Both the position numbers and the translations under genes were made by a program. Below, piece by piece: positions 52,531 through 62,079 of a DNA stretch of 64,000 nt (the stretch's first letter is position 1; every line of letters begins with the position of its first letter). A model generated the notes under the pieces. The model did no database searches. It saw nothing but the letters and a program-made list of their open reading frames with translations, and was not told the DNA's origin. Source of the stretch: Candidatus Methanoperedenaceae archaeon (GTDB taxonomy: Archaea; Halobacteriota; Methanosarcinia; Methanosarcinales; Methanoperedenaceae); assembly GCA_963753595.1 (NCBI GenBank), contig CAVWCX010000024.1, positions 32,001 through 96,000 on the forward strand, given 5' to 3'.

Positions 52531-52598
52531 CTTTGCGTTCTTGGCGTGCTTTGCGGTGTTTGATTTTATTCACCGCAGAGGACGCAAAGATCGCAAAG
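52531..52598. repeat. 9-nt-period palindrome (CGCAAAG type)
   Basis: ctttgcgttcttggcgtgctttgcggtg...caccgcagaggacgcaaagatcgcaaag. Confidence 0.75.
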
Positions 52599-52706
52599 AT
52601 AAGTTCAAAACGTTTAGTTTTTAACTATAAATCCAATAATCGTGATATTTCATTGTTAAGTAAAACTTATATCCCAAAAGATAATGTAGAAAATAGGGAA
52701 AAAACG

Positions 52707-53120
52707 ATGATTAAGACAATTGACCATATTGGGATTCTAACAAATGACTTACAGCGATCAGTTGAATTCTATACTGATGTGCTTGGTTTTTCTATTTCCG
52801 CCAAGATCGAAATGGATGATGCAGGTTTTTCTGCAATTTTTGTCGAAAAAAACGGCAGCAGGATAGAACTTATGGGATATAGGGGCGCAATTCCGGAGCG
52901 TTCAGGGGGTATTGAAATTAAATTGGGTGGAGGTTTGATCCCCATAAACGACCACATTACTTTTTCCGTTGATGACATCGAAGCGACAGTAACCGGGCTT
53001 AAAGAGAAGGGAGTCAAATTTAGCCTGGAGCCGGTACAAATAGAAGGAGGAATGAAAATCACTTCCTTCAAAGACCCGGACGGTGTGCTGATCGAACTGG
53101 TGGAACATCCTGAACAATAA
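52707..53120 (+). CDS. VOC/glyoxalase family protein
   Basis: IDHIGI..SVEFYTDVLGF, DHITFSVDDI, KDPDGVLIEL. Confidence 0.9.
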   Translation: MIKTIDHIGILTNDLQRSVEFYTDVLGFSISAKIEMDDAGFSAIFVEKNGSRIELMGYRGAIPERSGGIEIKLGGGLIPINDHITFSVDDIEATVTGLKEKGVKFSLEPVQIEGGMKITSFKDPDGVLIELVEHPEQ

Positions 53121-53172
53121 AACAAATGCATAGAAGATATAAAAGTATAGAAATCCAAACAATAAATGGCCC

Positions 53173-53556
53173 ATGGTTAAAAAAACATATTACGAAATAT
53201 TAGAAGTCGATAAGAAAGCATCCCTGAAAGATATAAAGTCCGCTTACCGCAGACTGGCTATTCTATATCATCCCGATAAAAACAAGTTACCGGAAGCCGA
53301 AGAAATGTTTAAAGGGATCGCAGAGGCTTATTCAGTATTATCAGACCCGGGAAAACGGAAACAATATGACCTGGACAATGAACCAGGAAATGTGCTAAGA
53401 AATAAACAAGAAAAGATGTGGGAAATAATAAGAGAGCAAAGACAAAGAGAAGCCAGAGCAAACCAGATGATATGGGAATTCAATCAGTACATGGAAAAAG
53501 AGCGTATCAAAGATAAACAAAGGGAACAAGAAGCTATGAATATTATGTATGCGTGA
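53173..53556 (+). CDS. Short J-domain protein
   Basis: YYEILEV, YHPDKN, AYSVLSD...YD plus coiled tail. Confidence 0.88.
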   Translation: MVKKTYYEILEVDKKASLKDIKSAYRRLAILYHPDKNKLPEAEEMFKGIAEAYSVLSDPGKRKQYDLDNEPGNVLRNKQEKMWEIIREQRQREARANQMIWEFNQYMEKERIKDKQREQEAMNIMYA

Positions 53557-53796
53557 ATATAAAAAGCTCTTTCGGCGGAAATGGAACTCAATGTTATTAT
53601 TATTTTTTAAGCGTATCATCTTTCAAGGAACGGGCGCGCCTGACGGCGGAAAAATGGGGCTAAAGCCCGATCAGGGAATGACCCTGCGCCGCCTGCGGGC
53701 GGATGGATGATCCGGGATTGTTTTAAATAAAAGTTTGGGATTATATTGTTTTTTATAGGTAAACTTTTTATCTATGTAAATTGTGTATATGATTAT

Positions 53797-54582
53797 ATGG
53801 AAAATAATTTAAAACTTTCCACAAATTACATCATAAAATCGTTATTTGAGCAGGAATATTACTATTTCACAGTGCGTGAGCTTGCGGGTTTATTAAAAGT
53901 CCCTGTTGAAAAAGCATATACTATTGTTGCAAGGCTAAAGGACAGAGGGTTTATTAAACCCGTAGAGAGGGGTAAGTATCTCTTGCTTGGTTTTGAACCA
54001 GAACACGTTCTTTCCAATCCGCTTTTTATAGCATCAAGGGTTGTTTATCCTTCATATGTGAGCTTCTGGAGCGCCCTGAATTTCTACGGCTTTACAGAAC
54101 AGGTTCCGATCATGGTTTTTCTTGCATCTGCCAGGAAAAAGAAAGAGTTAGAGTTCAACAATTCCAGGTTCAAATATGTGCTGATGAATCCGGAGAAGTT
54201 TTTCGGATACAGGAAAGAGAGAATAGGAGAACTTGATTTCCTGATCGCAGAAGAAGAAAAGGCAGTCATTGATAGTCTTTACCTCCCTGAGAATGCAGGC
54301 GGAATGGCTGAGGTGATAAAAGCGGTTTATAATGCAAAAGATAAAGTTGATCCTGAGAAACTATTTGCGTATGCATCAGCTATGAAGAACAGGAGCCTGT
54401 GCTCAAGATTAGGGTACCTGCTTGAGAGATTCGGCGCTGATGCAGGGATGTTATTGGAATGTTCGTCGAATGAGTACGTCAAGCTTGATCCGGCAAGAAA
54501 GAAGAGCAAGGTCTGGGATAAAAAGTGGCATGTTAATGTGAATATGAACGAAGAAGAGCTCCTTGGATGGAGGGAGACTTAG
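53797..54582 (+). CDS. AbiEi-like type IV antitoxin / transcriptional regulator
   Basis: wHTH ERGKY, SYVSFWSAL..YGFTEQ, EKAVIDSL, RLGYLLE; start MENNL. Confidence 0.85.
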   Translation: MENNLKLSTNYIIKSLFEQEYYYFTVRELAGLLKVPVEKAYTIVARLKDRGFIKPVERGKYLLLGFEPEHVLSNPLFIASRVVYPSYVSFWSALNFYGFTEQVPIMVFLASARKKKELEFNNSRFKYVLMNPEKFFGYRKERIGELDFLIAEEEKAVIDSLYLPENAGGMAEVIKAVYNAKDKVDPEKLFAYASAMKNRSLCSRLGYLLERFGADAGMLLECSSNEYVKLDPARKKSKVWDKKWHVNVNMNEEELLGWRET

Positions 54583-55879
54583 GGATTGCCGAAAAATAAC
54601 TTATCTAAATTAATTCCCTTCCTCTTTTGGGGAAAGAGAATAATTCCATTTTGGGTGTAAAGAATGGTATTCTATCTTCAATCTTGCCATATCTTCATCA
54701 GAGAATTTAACTCCTTTATTATATTCCTTTTCATCTAATAGCGATGCCACAGTAAGACCTTTGTTTGTCTTTGTGCCACTGATCAGTTCAATAATTGTTT
54801 CAAAACTAACGAGCGGTTTCCCCTTCCAATTCATTGTAATGAATGAGAACATGCGATGTTCTATCTTGTTCCATTTGCTTGTCCCAGGAGGGTAATGGCA
54901 TACGGTAATAGGTATTTTTATTTGGTTCACCAATTCTTGTAAATGAAATTTCCAGCCTTTATTGCGACTTCCATTGCTCCCCCCACCATCTGCACATATC
55001 ATCAGACCTTTTGCATCTGGATAATTATTTCTTCCAAACATAAGCCACCATTGCCTTATGCTTTCAACGGCAAATTCGGACGTATCATAACTCATTCCCA
55101 CATTTACCATTCCTTCATTTCTCTTAAGATCATAAATCCCATATGGTGTCGCCCTTCCAATCCCAAGTGAAGGAAAATCATACACATTTACTTCTTTTGC
55201 CTTGCCTTTTTTCTCCCATGTTCTTCCAGGATTTTTGAATTCTCCTACATTTTCTTTCTTTTTTGCATCAACTGATATTACGGGATACTCCTGATTTATA
55301 AATTCTTTAGCTTTTTCGTTTATATACCTGAACTGGGCATCTCTTTCGGGAACTGAAGAACCTTCGATGTTTTTCTTATTGGCCTGAAGCGAGTAATCGT
55401 TTTCCTTCAATAAACGTCCTACTGTATCTGGATCGATTTTATGTTTTAGCTTTTTCAATTCATCAGCGATCTTGTAGGTTGATTTGTTTGTCCATTTCAG
55501 CAGGCTCATTGGGTCGCCTGAGGTGTTTTCATCCATTATTTTTTCAAGATCTCCAATTATTTCGGGATCTTTTATTTCTACCTTTTTTCTTCCTCCTCCA
55601 AGTGCTCGAAGTCTTTCTGGAGGTTTAAGTTTCTCTGACGTTTTGAGTTCCTCTATCCCTTTATGGATAGTCGAATGGGACATGCCTGTTAATTCTTCAA
55701 CTTTTGAGACTCCACCCCACCCAATTTCAAGTGCTATGGCTCCTGCAAAACGTCTTGCTTGAACTTCATCCGCTCCTGATAGGGCTTTTAGCCACCATGT
55801 GTACTCCTTGTTAGTATCCATGCCACTATATATGATGGCTTAGATTATATAATTTACTAATTTATTTTTAGGTATTGCC
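54582..55879 (-). mobile_element. ISAzo13-like insertion sequence
   Basis: Imperfect TIR GGGATTGCCGAAAAATAA / TTATTTTTAGGTATTGCC; TTA(G) duplicated. Confidence 0.8.
54610..55821 (-). CDS. ISAzo13-family transposase
   Basis: GDPMSLLKWT, SVDAKKKE, ADGGGSNG, PPGTSKWNKIEHR. Confidence 0.9.
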   Translation of the reverse strand: MDTNKEYTWWLKALSGADEVQARRFAGAIALEIGWGGVSKVEELTGMSHSTIHKGIEELKTSEKLKPPERLRALGGGRKKVEIKDPEIIGDLEKIMDENTSGDPMSLLKWTNKSTYKIADELKKLKHKIDPDTVGRLLKENDYSLQANKKNIEGSSVPERDAQFRYINEKAKEFINQEYPVISVDAKKKENVGEFKNPGRTWEKKGKAKEVNVYDFPSLGIGRATPYGIYDLKRNEGMVNVGMSYDTSEFAVESIRQWWLMFGRNNYPDAKGLMICADGGGSNGSRNKGWKFHLQELVNQIKIPITVCHYPPGTSKWNKIEHRMFSFITMNWKGKPLVSFETIIELISGTKTNKGLTVASLLDEKEYNKGVKFSDEDMARLKIEYHSLHPKWNYSLSPKEEGN

Positions 55880-55884
55880 TTAGC

Positions 55885-56676
55885 ATGCTGACGAGGAAGC
55901 AAATTGAAAAGATCGCCCTGAAGAACAGGGTGTCGCTATTTACCCAGGAGAGGGACTATGTACAGGCAGTATACCTTAGCCTTCTGTATTCGAAGACAAT
56001 CGGTTTAATATTCAAGGGGGGCACCTGCCTTCGAATTGCTTACAGTTCACCGAGATATTCTGAGGATCTGGATTTTAACTCAAATCTTGATGAAGATGAG
56101 GCATATAAAATGCTGGAAACAGCAGTAAAGGAGCTTGAGTATTTCGGCATCAGGGCACAGATCAGGAACAAGAGGATGTCCAGGTCAGGATTTGGCTTTG
56201 CCCTGAGTTATATGGGGCCCCTATACGAAGGAAGGGATATTACCAAAGGTATGGTAAGAATTGATGTCAGTTTGAGAGGGGAGAACGTATCTGAAGAAAG
56301 AGTAATGGTGCGTACAGAATACGATGATGTAAAGGCATTTGTTATCAGTGCGGCAAGCTTTGACCATATATTTGCGCAAATGGTGAGGGCGCTGCTGGTG
56401 AGAGGAATGGCAAGAGATCTTTATGACCTGTGGTTCCTGCTGGAAAGAGGGGTAAAACCCGACATTGAGTTAATAAACAGCAAGCTTGCTCTTTATGATA
56501 AGAGTTATTCCAGCAAGGAAATGAATGAGCGCATAGCGCAGCTTGAGAAAGGCTGGAGCAAAGACCTTTTACCGCTGCTTGGTGTGGTGGTTCCCTATGA
56601 GGTTGCGACGAAGAGGGTGGTTGATGGGTTGATGTCTATAAGTAAATCTTATCATGGTGGTCGTAATCTTCAATGA
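55885..56676 (+). CDS. AbiEii-like nucleotidyltransferase toxin
   Basis: ERDY, FKGGTCL, RYSEDLDF, RDLYDL. Confidence 0.88.
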   Translation: MLTRKQIEKIALKNRVSLFTQERDYVQAVYLSLLYSKTIGLIFKGGTCLRIAYSSPRYSEDLDFNSNLDEDEAYKMLETAVKELEYFGIRAQIRNKRMSRSGFGFALSYMGPLYEGRDITKGMVRIDVSLRGENVSEERVMVRTEYDDVKAFVISAASFDHIFAQMVRALLVRGMARDLYDLWFLLERGVKPDIELINSKLALYDKSYSSKEMNERIAQLEKGWSKDLLPLLGVVVPYEVATKRVVDGLMSISKSYHGGRNLQ

Positions 56677-56899
56677 TTACAACTTTATTCTGTTCATCAA
56701 TTGAATAAGTTAAAACAAAGCTCTTATCAATTTGAACTCTTCGTAAATGCTGCATTGGTGCTCTCAATGGTTTGAAATGTGATGGCTTTTCACAAATCTG
56801 TTTTATCTTTTTTTCGATTATCTGCATCTGCTTTGGATTTTTCTTTGCAAGCTTGGAAAATATCTCATCAACGCTTTTTCTTACTTCAAGAGAATACAT
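56636..56899 (-). CDS. RelE/YafQ-superfamily toxin
   Basis: FKPLR..MQHLRRV..SFVLTY..DHHDKIY. Confidence 0.8.
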   Translation of the reverse strand: MYSLEVRKSVDEIFSKLAKKNPKQMQIIEKKIKQICEKPSHFKPLRAPMQHLRRVQIDKSFVLTYSIDEQNKVVIIEDYDHHDKIYL

Positions 56900-56900
56900 G

Positions 56901-57134
56901 CTATTTTAAACCATAATGGCTTCCAAAATTCGTGATTTTTACAGTTTTCTCTTTTTGCCGTGTTTTCATTTTTTCTATAAATTCAGGCCGAAGTTCAGGT
57001 TCAAGAAGTAATTTTCCATATTCATTTACCACTATATTGATCGCCTCTGATTTTGTCCTGAGTCCGTGTTTTGCCTTGACTATATTTAAAACCCTATTGG
57101 CTTCATCATTTATGTTTACTATTGCTTGTACCAT
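56901..57134 (-). CDS. Cognate antitoxin (DUF2683-like)
   Basis: NRVLNIVKAKHGL..KSEAI, EPELRPEF; 1 bp upstream of the toxin. Confidence 0.75.
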   Translation of the reverse strand: MVQAIVNINDEANRVLNIVKAKHGLRTKSEAINIVVNEYGKLLLEPELRPEFIEKMKTRQKEKTVKITNFGSHYGLK

Positions 57135-57204
57135 ATTAATGCAATAGTAATAGAATGTTAATATCGTATATACTTTTCAGTTAAATCCAAACTTATTTTC
57201 CAAA

Positions 57205-57290
57205 CTATTCTGCCAGCATCCTCCCCACAACCGCTTCCATCAACCTCTCGCTGTCCGCCTGCGAGCACATGAGTCCGGCTTCAAGTTCAT
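57205..57290 (-). pseudogene. Orphan hsdS 3' tail, copy A
   Basis: Encodes ELEAGLMCSQADSERLMEAVVGRMLAE*. Confidence 0.8.
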
Positions 57291-57299
57291 GATTTTTTT

Positions 57300-57560
57300 T
57301 AAGGCGCCGATGTTTCCGCAATAATGAGGAGATATCGGCTTTATTTAACCGCAGATTAACGCAGATGCACGCAGATAAAAATCGACATTTCGGCGCAAAT
57401 ATATGTCCAAAAAGCGCTCATGCTTTGCGTTCTTTGCGGTGAAAACATAAGCAGAGTCAATCTGCATCAAATAGAACGCGGATGACACGGATTGCGCGGA
57501 TTTCCACGGATACGAAATCTGTGCGTATCCGCGTCATCCGCACAATCCGCGTTCCCATAG
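57300..57560. repeat. Cluster of hairpins and 9-nt-period arms
   Basis: gccgatgtttcc/ggagatatcggc; aaccgcagattaacgcagatgcacgcagat; ctttgcgttctttgcggtg; CGGAT-type palindrome 57470-57560. Confidence 0.75.
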
Positions 57561-57561
57561 T

Positions 57562-57693
57562 TTATTCCCCCGCCAGCATCCTCCCCACAACCGCCTCCAT
57601 CAGCTTCTCGCTGTCCGCCTGCGAGCGCATGAGTCCGGCTTCAAGCTTATCGCAGAGTGACATGAGCTGTTCGACCCTGGCGACGATGCGGCG
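57562..57693 (-). pseudogene. Orphan hsdS 3' tail, copy B
   Basis: RRIVARVEQLMSLCDKLEAGLMRSQADSEKLMEAVVGRMLA matches the HsdS C-terminus. Confidence 0.85.
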
Positions 57694-57740
57694 ATGGTTT
57701 TCAACATTCAATCCGTGAAATATAAATCCCATAGATATTT

Positions 57741-60314
57741 TCATGAGATCTTCATCTTTCTGATATTCTTAATGCTTTTAATGACTTTATTCGAGTCCAT
57801 TGGTGTTTGAACTTGTGGAGATTTATGCACAAGATCAAAATCCGCTAAAATAATTCCTTCAAATCCTTTTTCAAGGTCGCACAACTTGGATGAATTATCA
57901 CCATCTCTCTTGCATCCGCTTTCTACTAAACGCCCGTAATAATCTCTGTGAAGCTGTCCGAATATTGATGTTCCTCCAAATAGTGCTGTGTTTGAAATTA
58001 TGATGTATGAAGGAATATTTGTAACATGGGCGTTAGCATATTCATGGAATCTCTCAATCCCTTTTGTTTCAGTATAAGATGGGCAGAAAATAATGTCTGT
58101 CTGATCACAAAATCTGGCATAATTTAGAAAATCTATGCATAAAAGTACCGAGAATGTTCCAAGATGAGTTTCATATCTGAACAGTTTATCACCGGATTTC
58201 ATTCCCCTGCCTGTTATCTCAGGGTCCTCAGGACGGGAGGGAGATTTCTTTAATTGGGGTGGCACTTCCAGGTTCATTATTACAGGACATTCATTAAAGT
58301 CGTTCTTATAATAACTCCCTCCAATAATTATCATATCAGGGTATCGATCCCTGATATCCTGCACCCATCCTTCACACATACAAAGCTCAGGCAAGCATGC
58401 AATATTAGTGCCGCAGCTTTTTGCTGTGTCAAGAGCTGAAATGATTTTCTGTTTGCACTCATCCTTTTTCTCAAGAGAAGGCGGGAAGGAATTTGTCAAT
58501 TGAAAACCGAACTGGATAGCAGCGATCCTGACAATATCTTGCTTTTGCTTATTCTCTTTATTGGCAGGCACAGTAATTATTGGCGGAATCTTAAAATTTT
58601 TATAAATTTCATTTAATTTGTTAAGTGTTGTTTCAAACATCCCCTGACTATCAAGATACTTTGCTTTTTTAAGGTCTTCAAGTATCTGAGCTCTTTTTTC
58701 TTCTGGAACATATTCACAGAATTTATTGAGAATTCCATTCATCTGCTCCAGGCTTTTGTCCTTTTTCAATTCATTTGATGAGGACAATTCATTGGCTTGT
58801 TTTACAGTCTCAAAACCCATTTCTTCAAGAGAAGTACCCCTTGTCTTCTTGCACAGCGCCTTTGCCTTATCTTGTATCTCTTCTGTTATCCCCTTATTCT
58901 TCTCGTCGATAATCGGCAGCCCCTTCCTGATCAATCTCGATGCACCCGGGGCTTTATTTTCAGTCGTTTTAAGCAGTTCACAGGCGCGGTCGCAGTACCG
59001 CCTGTATGCGTTGAGGTCGGATTTCGAAGCGTCGAAATCCCGCAAATTTTGCCCTTCCTTCAGCGCATTTCCAAGGTTCTCCACGGCTTCAAGCAGTTTC
59101 TCTTTGCTCTCCGAGCCTTCTACAGCGTTTTTTGCCTCTGCGAGATATTTATTCACTTCAGCCTCAGCTTCCTCTTTCTTGAAAGTCAAAGTGTAAAAAG
59201 AGCGGTAAAAAGGGAGGCAGAACTTTGCAGGGTTAAAAAAAGACGTCTCCTGTGAAGCTTTTTCAAAATATTGTATGGCTTCTTCCATATCCTTCTTGAA
59301 AACGTCTTCTTTTTCAGCGCCTTCAGCCCTGAATATAGAGACTTTGCCCAAAGAAAAATATGCCAATGCTCTGACATGGCCTTCTTTATCCCTTGTGAGC
59401 CAAATCAGGTCATCACATGCCTCTTGTTTGTGTTCATCAGGGATGTGGGGATATGCAGCACCGATGGCTTCAGTAACGTGCCATCGCACAAAAATGTCTT
59501 TGTCCTGCGTGAGCCGATGTAGGTCATCCCATGCCCGATTTTTATCAGGCATATTCGGGAAAACTGCACCAAGAGCCACAGCTACGCTCACCCGCGCCCC
59601 ACTATCTTCGTCCATAGCAAGGTGGTGCATGTCATCCCATGCCTGATTTTTATCTAACATCTGCAAAAATGCCGGGCCAATTGCATATACCACACTATCT
59701 ATCACATCGCTATCATCGTCCTTAGTGAGTCGTCGCAAATCGTCCCATGCCTGATTCTTATCAGGCAAATCCGAAAACACTGCCACCAGTGTATATCCAG
59801 CCTCCTCTCGCACACCGCTATCTTCGTCCTGAGTGAGATTATGCAGGTCGTTCCATGCCTGCTTTCTTTCAGGCACAAGTGAAAACGCTACACCAAGCGC
59901 TTCTGCTGCACTCTCTCGCGTTCCACTATTTTCATCCTGCGTGAGCTGGTGAAGGTCATCCCACGCCTGATTTTTATCAGGCACGTGTGAAAATGCTGCT
60001 CCAAGAGCACTTGCTGCACCTCCCCGCACAAAATTATCTTTGTCCTGAGTTAGCCGGTGCAAATCGCCCCACACCTGATTTTTATCAGATACGTATGAAA
60101 AAGCCACTCCAAGAGCACTTGCTGCACTTACCCGCACACAGCTCTTTTCATCCATAGTGAGCCGATGTAAGTCATCCCACCCCTGATTTTTGTCTGGAAA
60201 AGTTGTAAAATCATGGTAGAGTTGGTTCGCTGCCTCTTGCCGCTCCTCAACATCCTCGCTCCACGCCATCCTGTGAATTTCAGCTTGATCTTCCACGGAA
60301 CCTCTTGTTCTCAA
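57741..60314 (-). CDS. HEAT-repeat / helical linker / nitrilase (CN-hydrolase) fusion
   Basis: About 8 39-aa repeats (AWDDLHRLTQD...VR..AA.ALG); C-terminal RIAAIQ, LPE, QLK, LLCIDF; start may be GTG 60296. Confidence 0.82.
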   Translation of the reverse strand: MRTRGSVEDQAEIHRMAWSEDVEERQEAANQLYHDFTTFPDKNQGWDDLHRLTMDEKSCVRVSAASALGVAFSYVSDKNQVWGDLHRLTQDKDNFVRGGAASALGAAFSHVPDKNQAWDDLHQLTQDENSGTRESAAEALGVAFSLVPERKQAWNDLHNLTQDEDSGVREEAGYTLVAVFSDLPDKNQAWDDLRRLTKDDDSDVIDSVVYAIGPAFLQMLDKNQAWDDMHHLAMDEDSGARVSVAVALGAVFPNMPDKNRAWDDLHRLTQDKDIFVRWHVTEAIGAAYPHIPDEHKQEACDDLIWLTRDKEGHVRALAYFSLGKVSIFRAEGAEKEDVFKKDMEEAIQYFEKASQETSFFNPAKFCLPFYRSFYTLTFKKEEAEAEVNKYLAEAKNAVEGSESKEKLLEAVENLGNALKEGQNLRDFDASKSDLNAYRRYCDRACELLKTTENKAPGASRLIRKGLPIIDEKNKGITEEIQDKAKALCKKTRGTSLEEMGFETVKQANELSSSNELKKDKSLEQMNGILNKFCEYVPEEKRAQILEDLKKAKYLDSQGMFETTLNKLNEIYKNFKIPPIITVPANKENKQKQDIVRIAAIQFGFQLTNSFPPSLEKKDECKQKIISALDTAKSCGTNIACLPELCMCEGWVQDIRDRYPDMIIIGGSYYKNDFNECPVIMNLEVPPQLKKSPSRPEDPEITGRGMKSGDKLFRYETHLGTFSVLLCIDFLNYARFCDQTDIIFCPSYTETKGIERFHEYANAHVTNIPSYIIISNTALFGGTSIFGQLHRDYYGRLVESGCKRDGDNSSKLCDLEKGFEGIILADFDLVHKSPQVQTPMDSNKVIKSIKNIRKMKIS

Positions 60315-60342
60315 ACAGTATGAGATTTTAAAACAGTTTCGA

Positions 60343-62079
60343 TTATTCAGCGTCGGGAATTATTTTCTCCTCAACTCTATCTCCATCAGCCAGCATCCTC
60401 CCCACAACCGCCTCCATCAATTTCTCGCTATCTGCCTGTGAGCGCAAGAGTCCGGTTTCGAGCTTATCGCAGAAGGACATGAGCTGGTTTATTCTAGCAA
60501 CGATCCGGCGCTGTTCGGCGAGGGGAGGGAGAGGCAAAATAAGATTCTCAATGTACTTAAGAACCAAGTTTTTATTTCCAACCCCCATAGTATTCTTTTT
60601 GGATTGTGCTTTGACGAAAGGGGAATTTAATACCAATTCCAGATAATAAGGTGAACAAAATTGCTTAGAGAACTTTAAGAGCGATAAACTAACGAAAATG
60701 CTGAAATCTACTTCTACGTCAATTACTTTTGCGATTCCAGTAGTACCAACTTTTGTGAATAATACGTCATTGAACTCTGGTTTACATCGTTTTATAAGCT
60801 CTTCGTGTTCCTCTTTTGATATGTACCTTGTATTGGTCAAATCGATTTTTCCACTTGATATATCTTTTACAGATAGAAAAGGAACGCCGGTTGAAGTGTA
60901 AGTTGGTGTATGATGAGTCCCGTCTGTAATTTGGTTACAAATGGCATCAAGTCTTATCCATTCCCAACCTTTTGGAGCAATATAAGGTACATCCTCTGAT
61001 TCTATCGTTTGTAATGGTTTTATCTTCTTAATTTTCTTTTCTTTAATTAAGCGCTCTTTTTCAGCCAAAATCTTTTTGAGTAGAACTCCTGCCGGTTCAT
61101 CCTTTTCATCCTGCACTACAAGCTTTCCCATTACAGCAAGCTGCAATATCGCCTTCCGAAACTCACCGACATTCTCTGGCACATCATACAGCAAATCAAA
61201 ATTATCGCTAATGCACCGCCAACCCTCTGTAAACTCATCCAAGGCGCGGGCAGCGAACAACCGGTCAAGAGCGGCGCTGTTCAGGTATGTATGGCTTTCG
61301 TGCTTCTTCTGCTGGCACGCCTCAAGTTCATCGCAGAGGGACATGAGCTGATCGACTTTGGTGACGATGCGGTGCTGTTCATTAGAAGGCGGAAGCGGCA
61401 CTAAACCCAAATAGAGCTTTCCATCATTGATGGCTGGATATGCCACCCCTGTCATTTCTGATTCAACAAAAGCAATGAAAGGTTTACTCCGAAGATAATA
61501 ATACAGATATTTATTTAAAACCCCAGATAATGGATGTAATACTGCAAAAGCAGTGCTTACTATTGGTTCTGGTTCGATTTCTTTATCAACGACTGCAATA
61601 TTTAAAAGATAAGGACGAACAGTTGCATAAATTACTGTCCCTTTAGAAACAATCTTCCTTGCTCGCGAAGGAGCTTCATTTGGCTTTAGAATCTGTACAT
61701 CATCGGATATTATTCCATGCTCTTTATCAATAGCGGATACATCAATATAAGTAAACTCCACATCAGGTTTTTTTTGCCCCCAATCATGGCATAAATCACC
61801 AAGGCGAACCCATTCCCATACTTTAGGCAGGTTGTATGGGATTTTAGTTTCATCGACTGTTGGCAATGCCCTTGCATTATTAATTTTTTTCTCTTTAACC
61901 AGACGCTCTTTTTCTGCTTTAATATTTTTAATCAGAGTCGATGCCGACTCATCCTTCTCATCCTGCTCCACCAGCTTCCCCCTCACAGCCAGTTGTAATA
62001 TCATCTCACGCAGCTTCTTTACCCCGTTCGGCGCCTCTGCCAGCACATCAAAATTATCGAAAAAAGTCTCAAACTTCAT
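60343..62079 (-). CDS. hsdS: Type I RM specificity subunit
   Basis: ILQLAV.GKLV.QD x2, WEW.RL x2, PLPP..EQ.RIV x2, two TRDs. Confidence 0.95.
   Translation of the reverse strand: MKFETFFDNFDVLAEAPNGVKKLREMILQLAVRGKLVEQDEKDESASTLIKNIKAEKERLVKEKKINNARALPTVDETKIPYNLPKVWEWVRLGDLCHDWGQKKPDVEFTYIDVSAIDKEHGIISDDVQILKPNEAPSRARKIVSKGTVIYATVRPYLLNIAVVDKEIEPEPIVSTAFAVLHPLSGVLNKYLYYYLRSKPFIAFVESEMTGVAYPAINDGKLYLGLVPLPPSNEQHRIVTKVDQLMSLCDELEACQQKKHESHTYLNSAALDRLFAARALDEFTEGWRCISDNFDLLYDVPENVGEFRKAILQLAVMGKLVVQDEKDEPAGVLLKKILAEKERLIKEKKIKKIKPLQTIESEDVPYIAPKGWEWIRLDAICNQITDGTHHTPTYTSTGVPFLSVKDISSGKIDLTNTRYISKEEHEELIKRCKPEFNDVLFTKVGTTGIAKVIDVEVDFSIFVSLSLLKFSKQFCSPYYLELVLNSPFVKAQSKKNTMGVGNKNLVLKYIENLILPLPPLAEQRRIVARINQLMSFCDKLETGLLRSQADSEKLMEAVVGRMLADGDRVEEKIIPDAE

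Noticed and set aside
57482-57718. ORF MTRIARIST..., plus the N-terminal extensions at 52524 and 43330 and ORF 63366
   Set aside because: They are open only because the 9-nt-period repeats lack stops, or they are antisense shadows.
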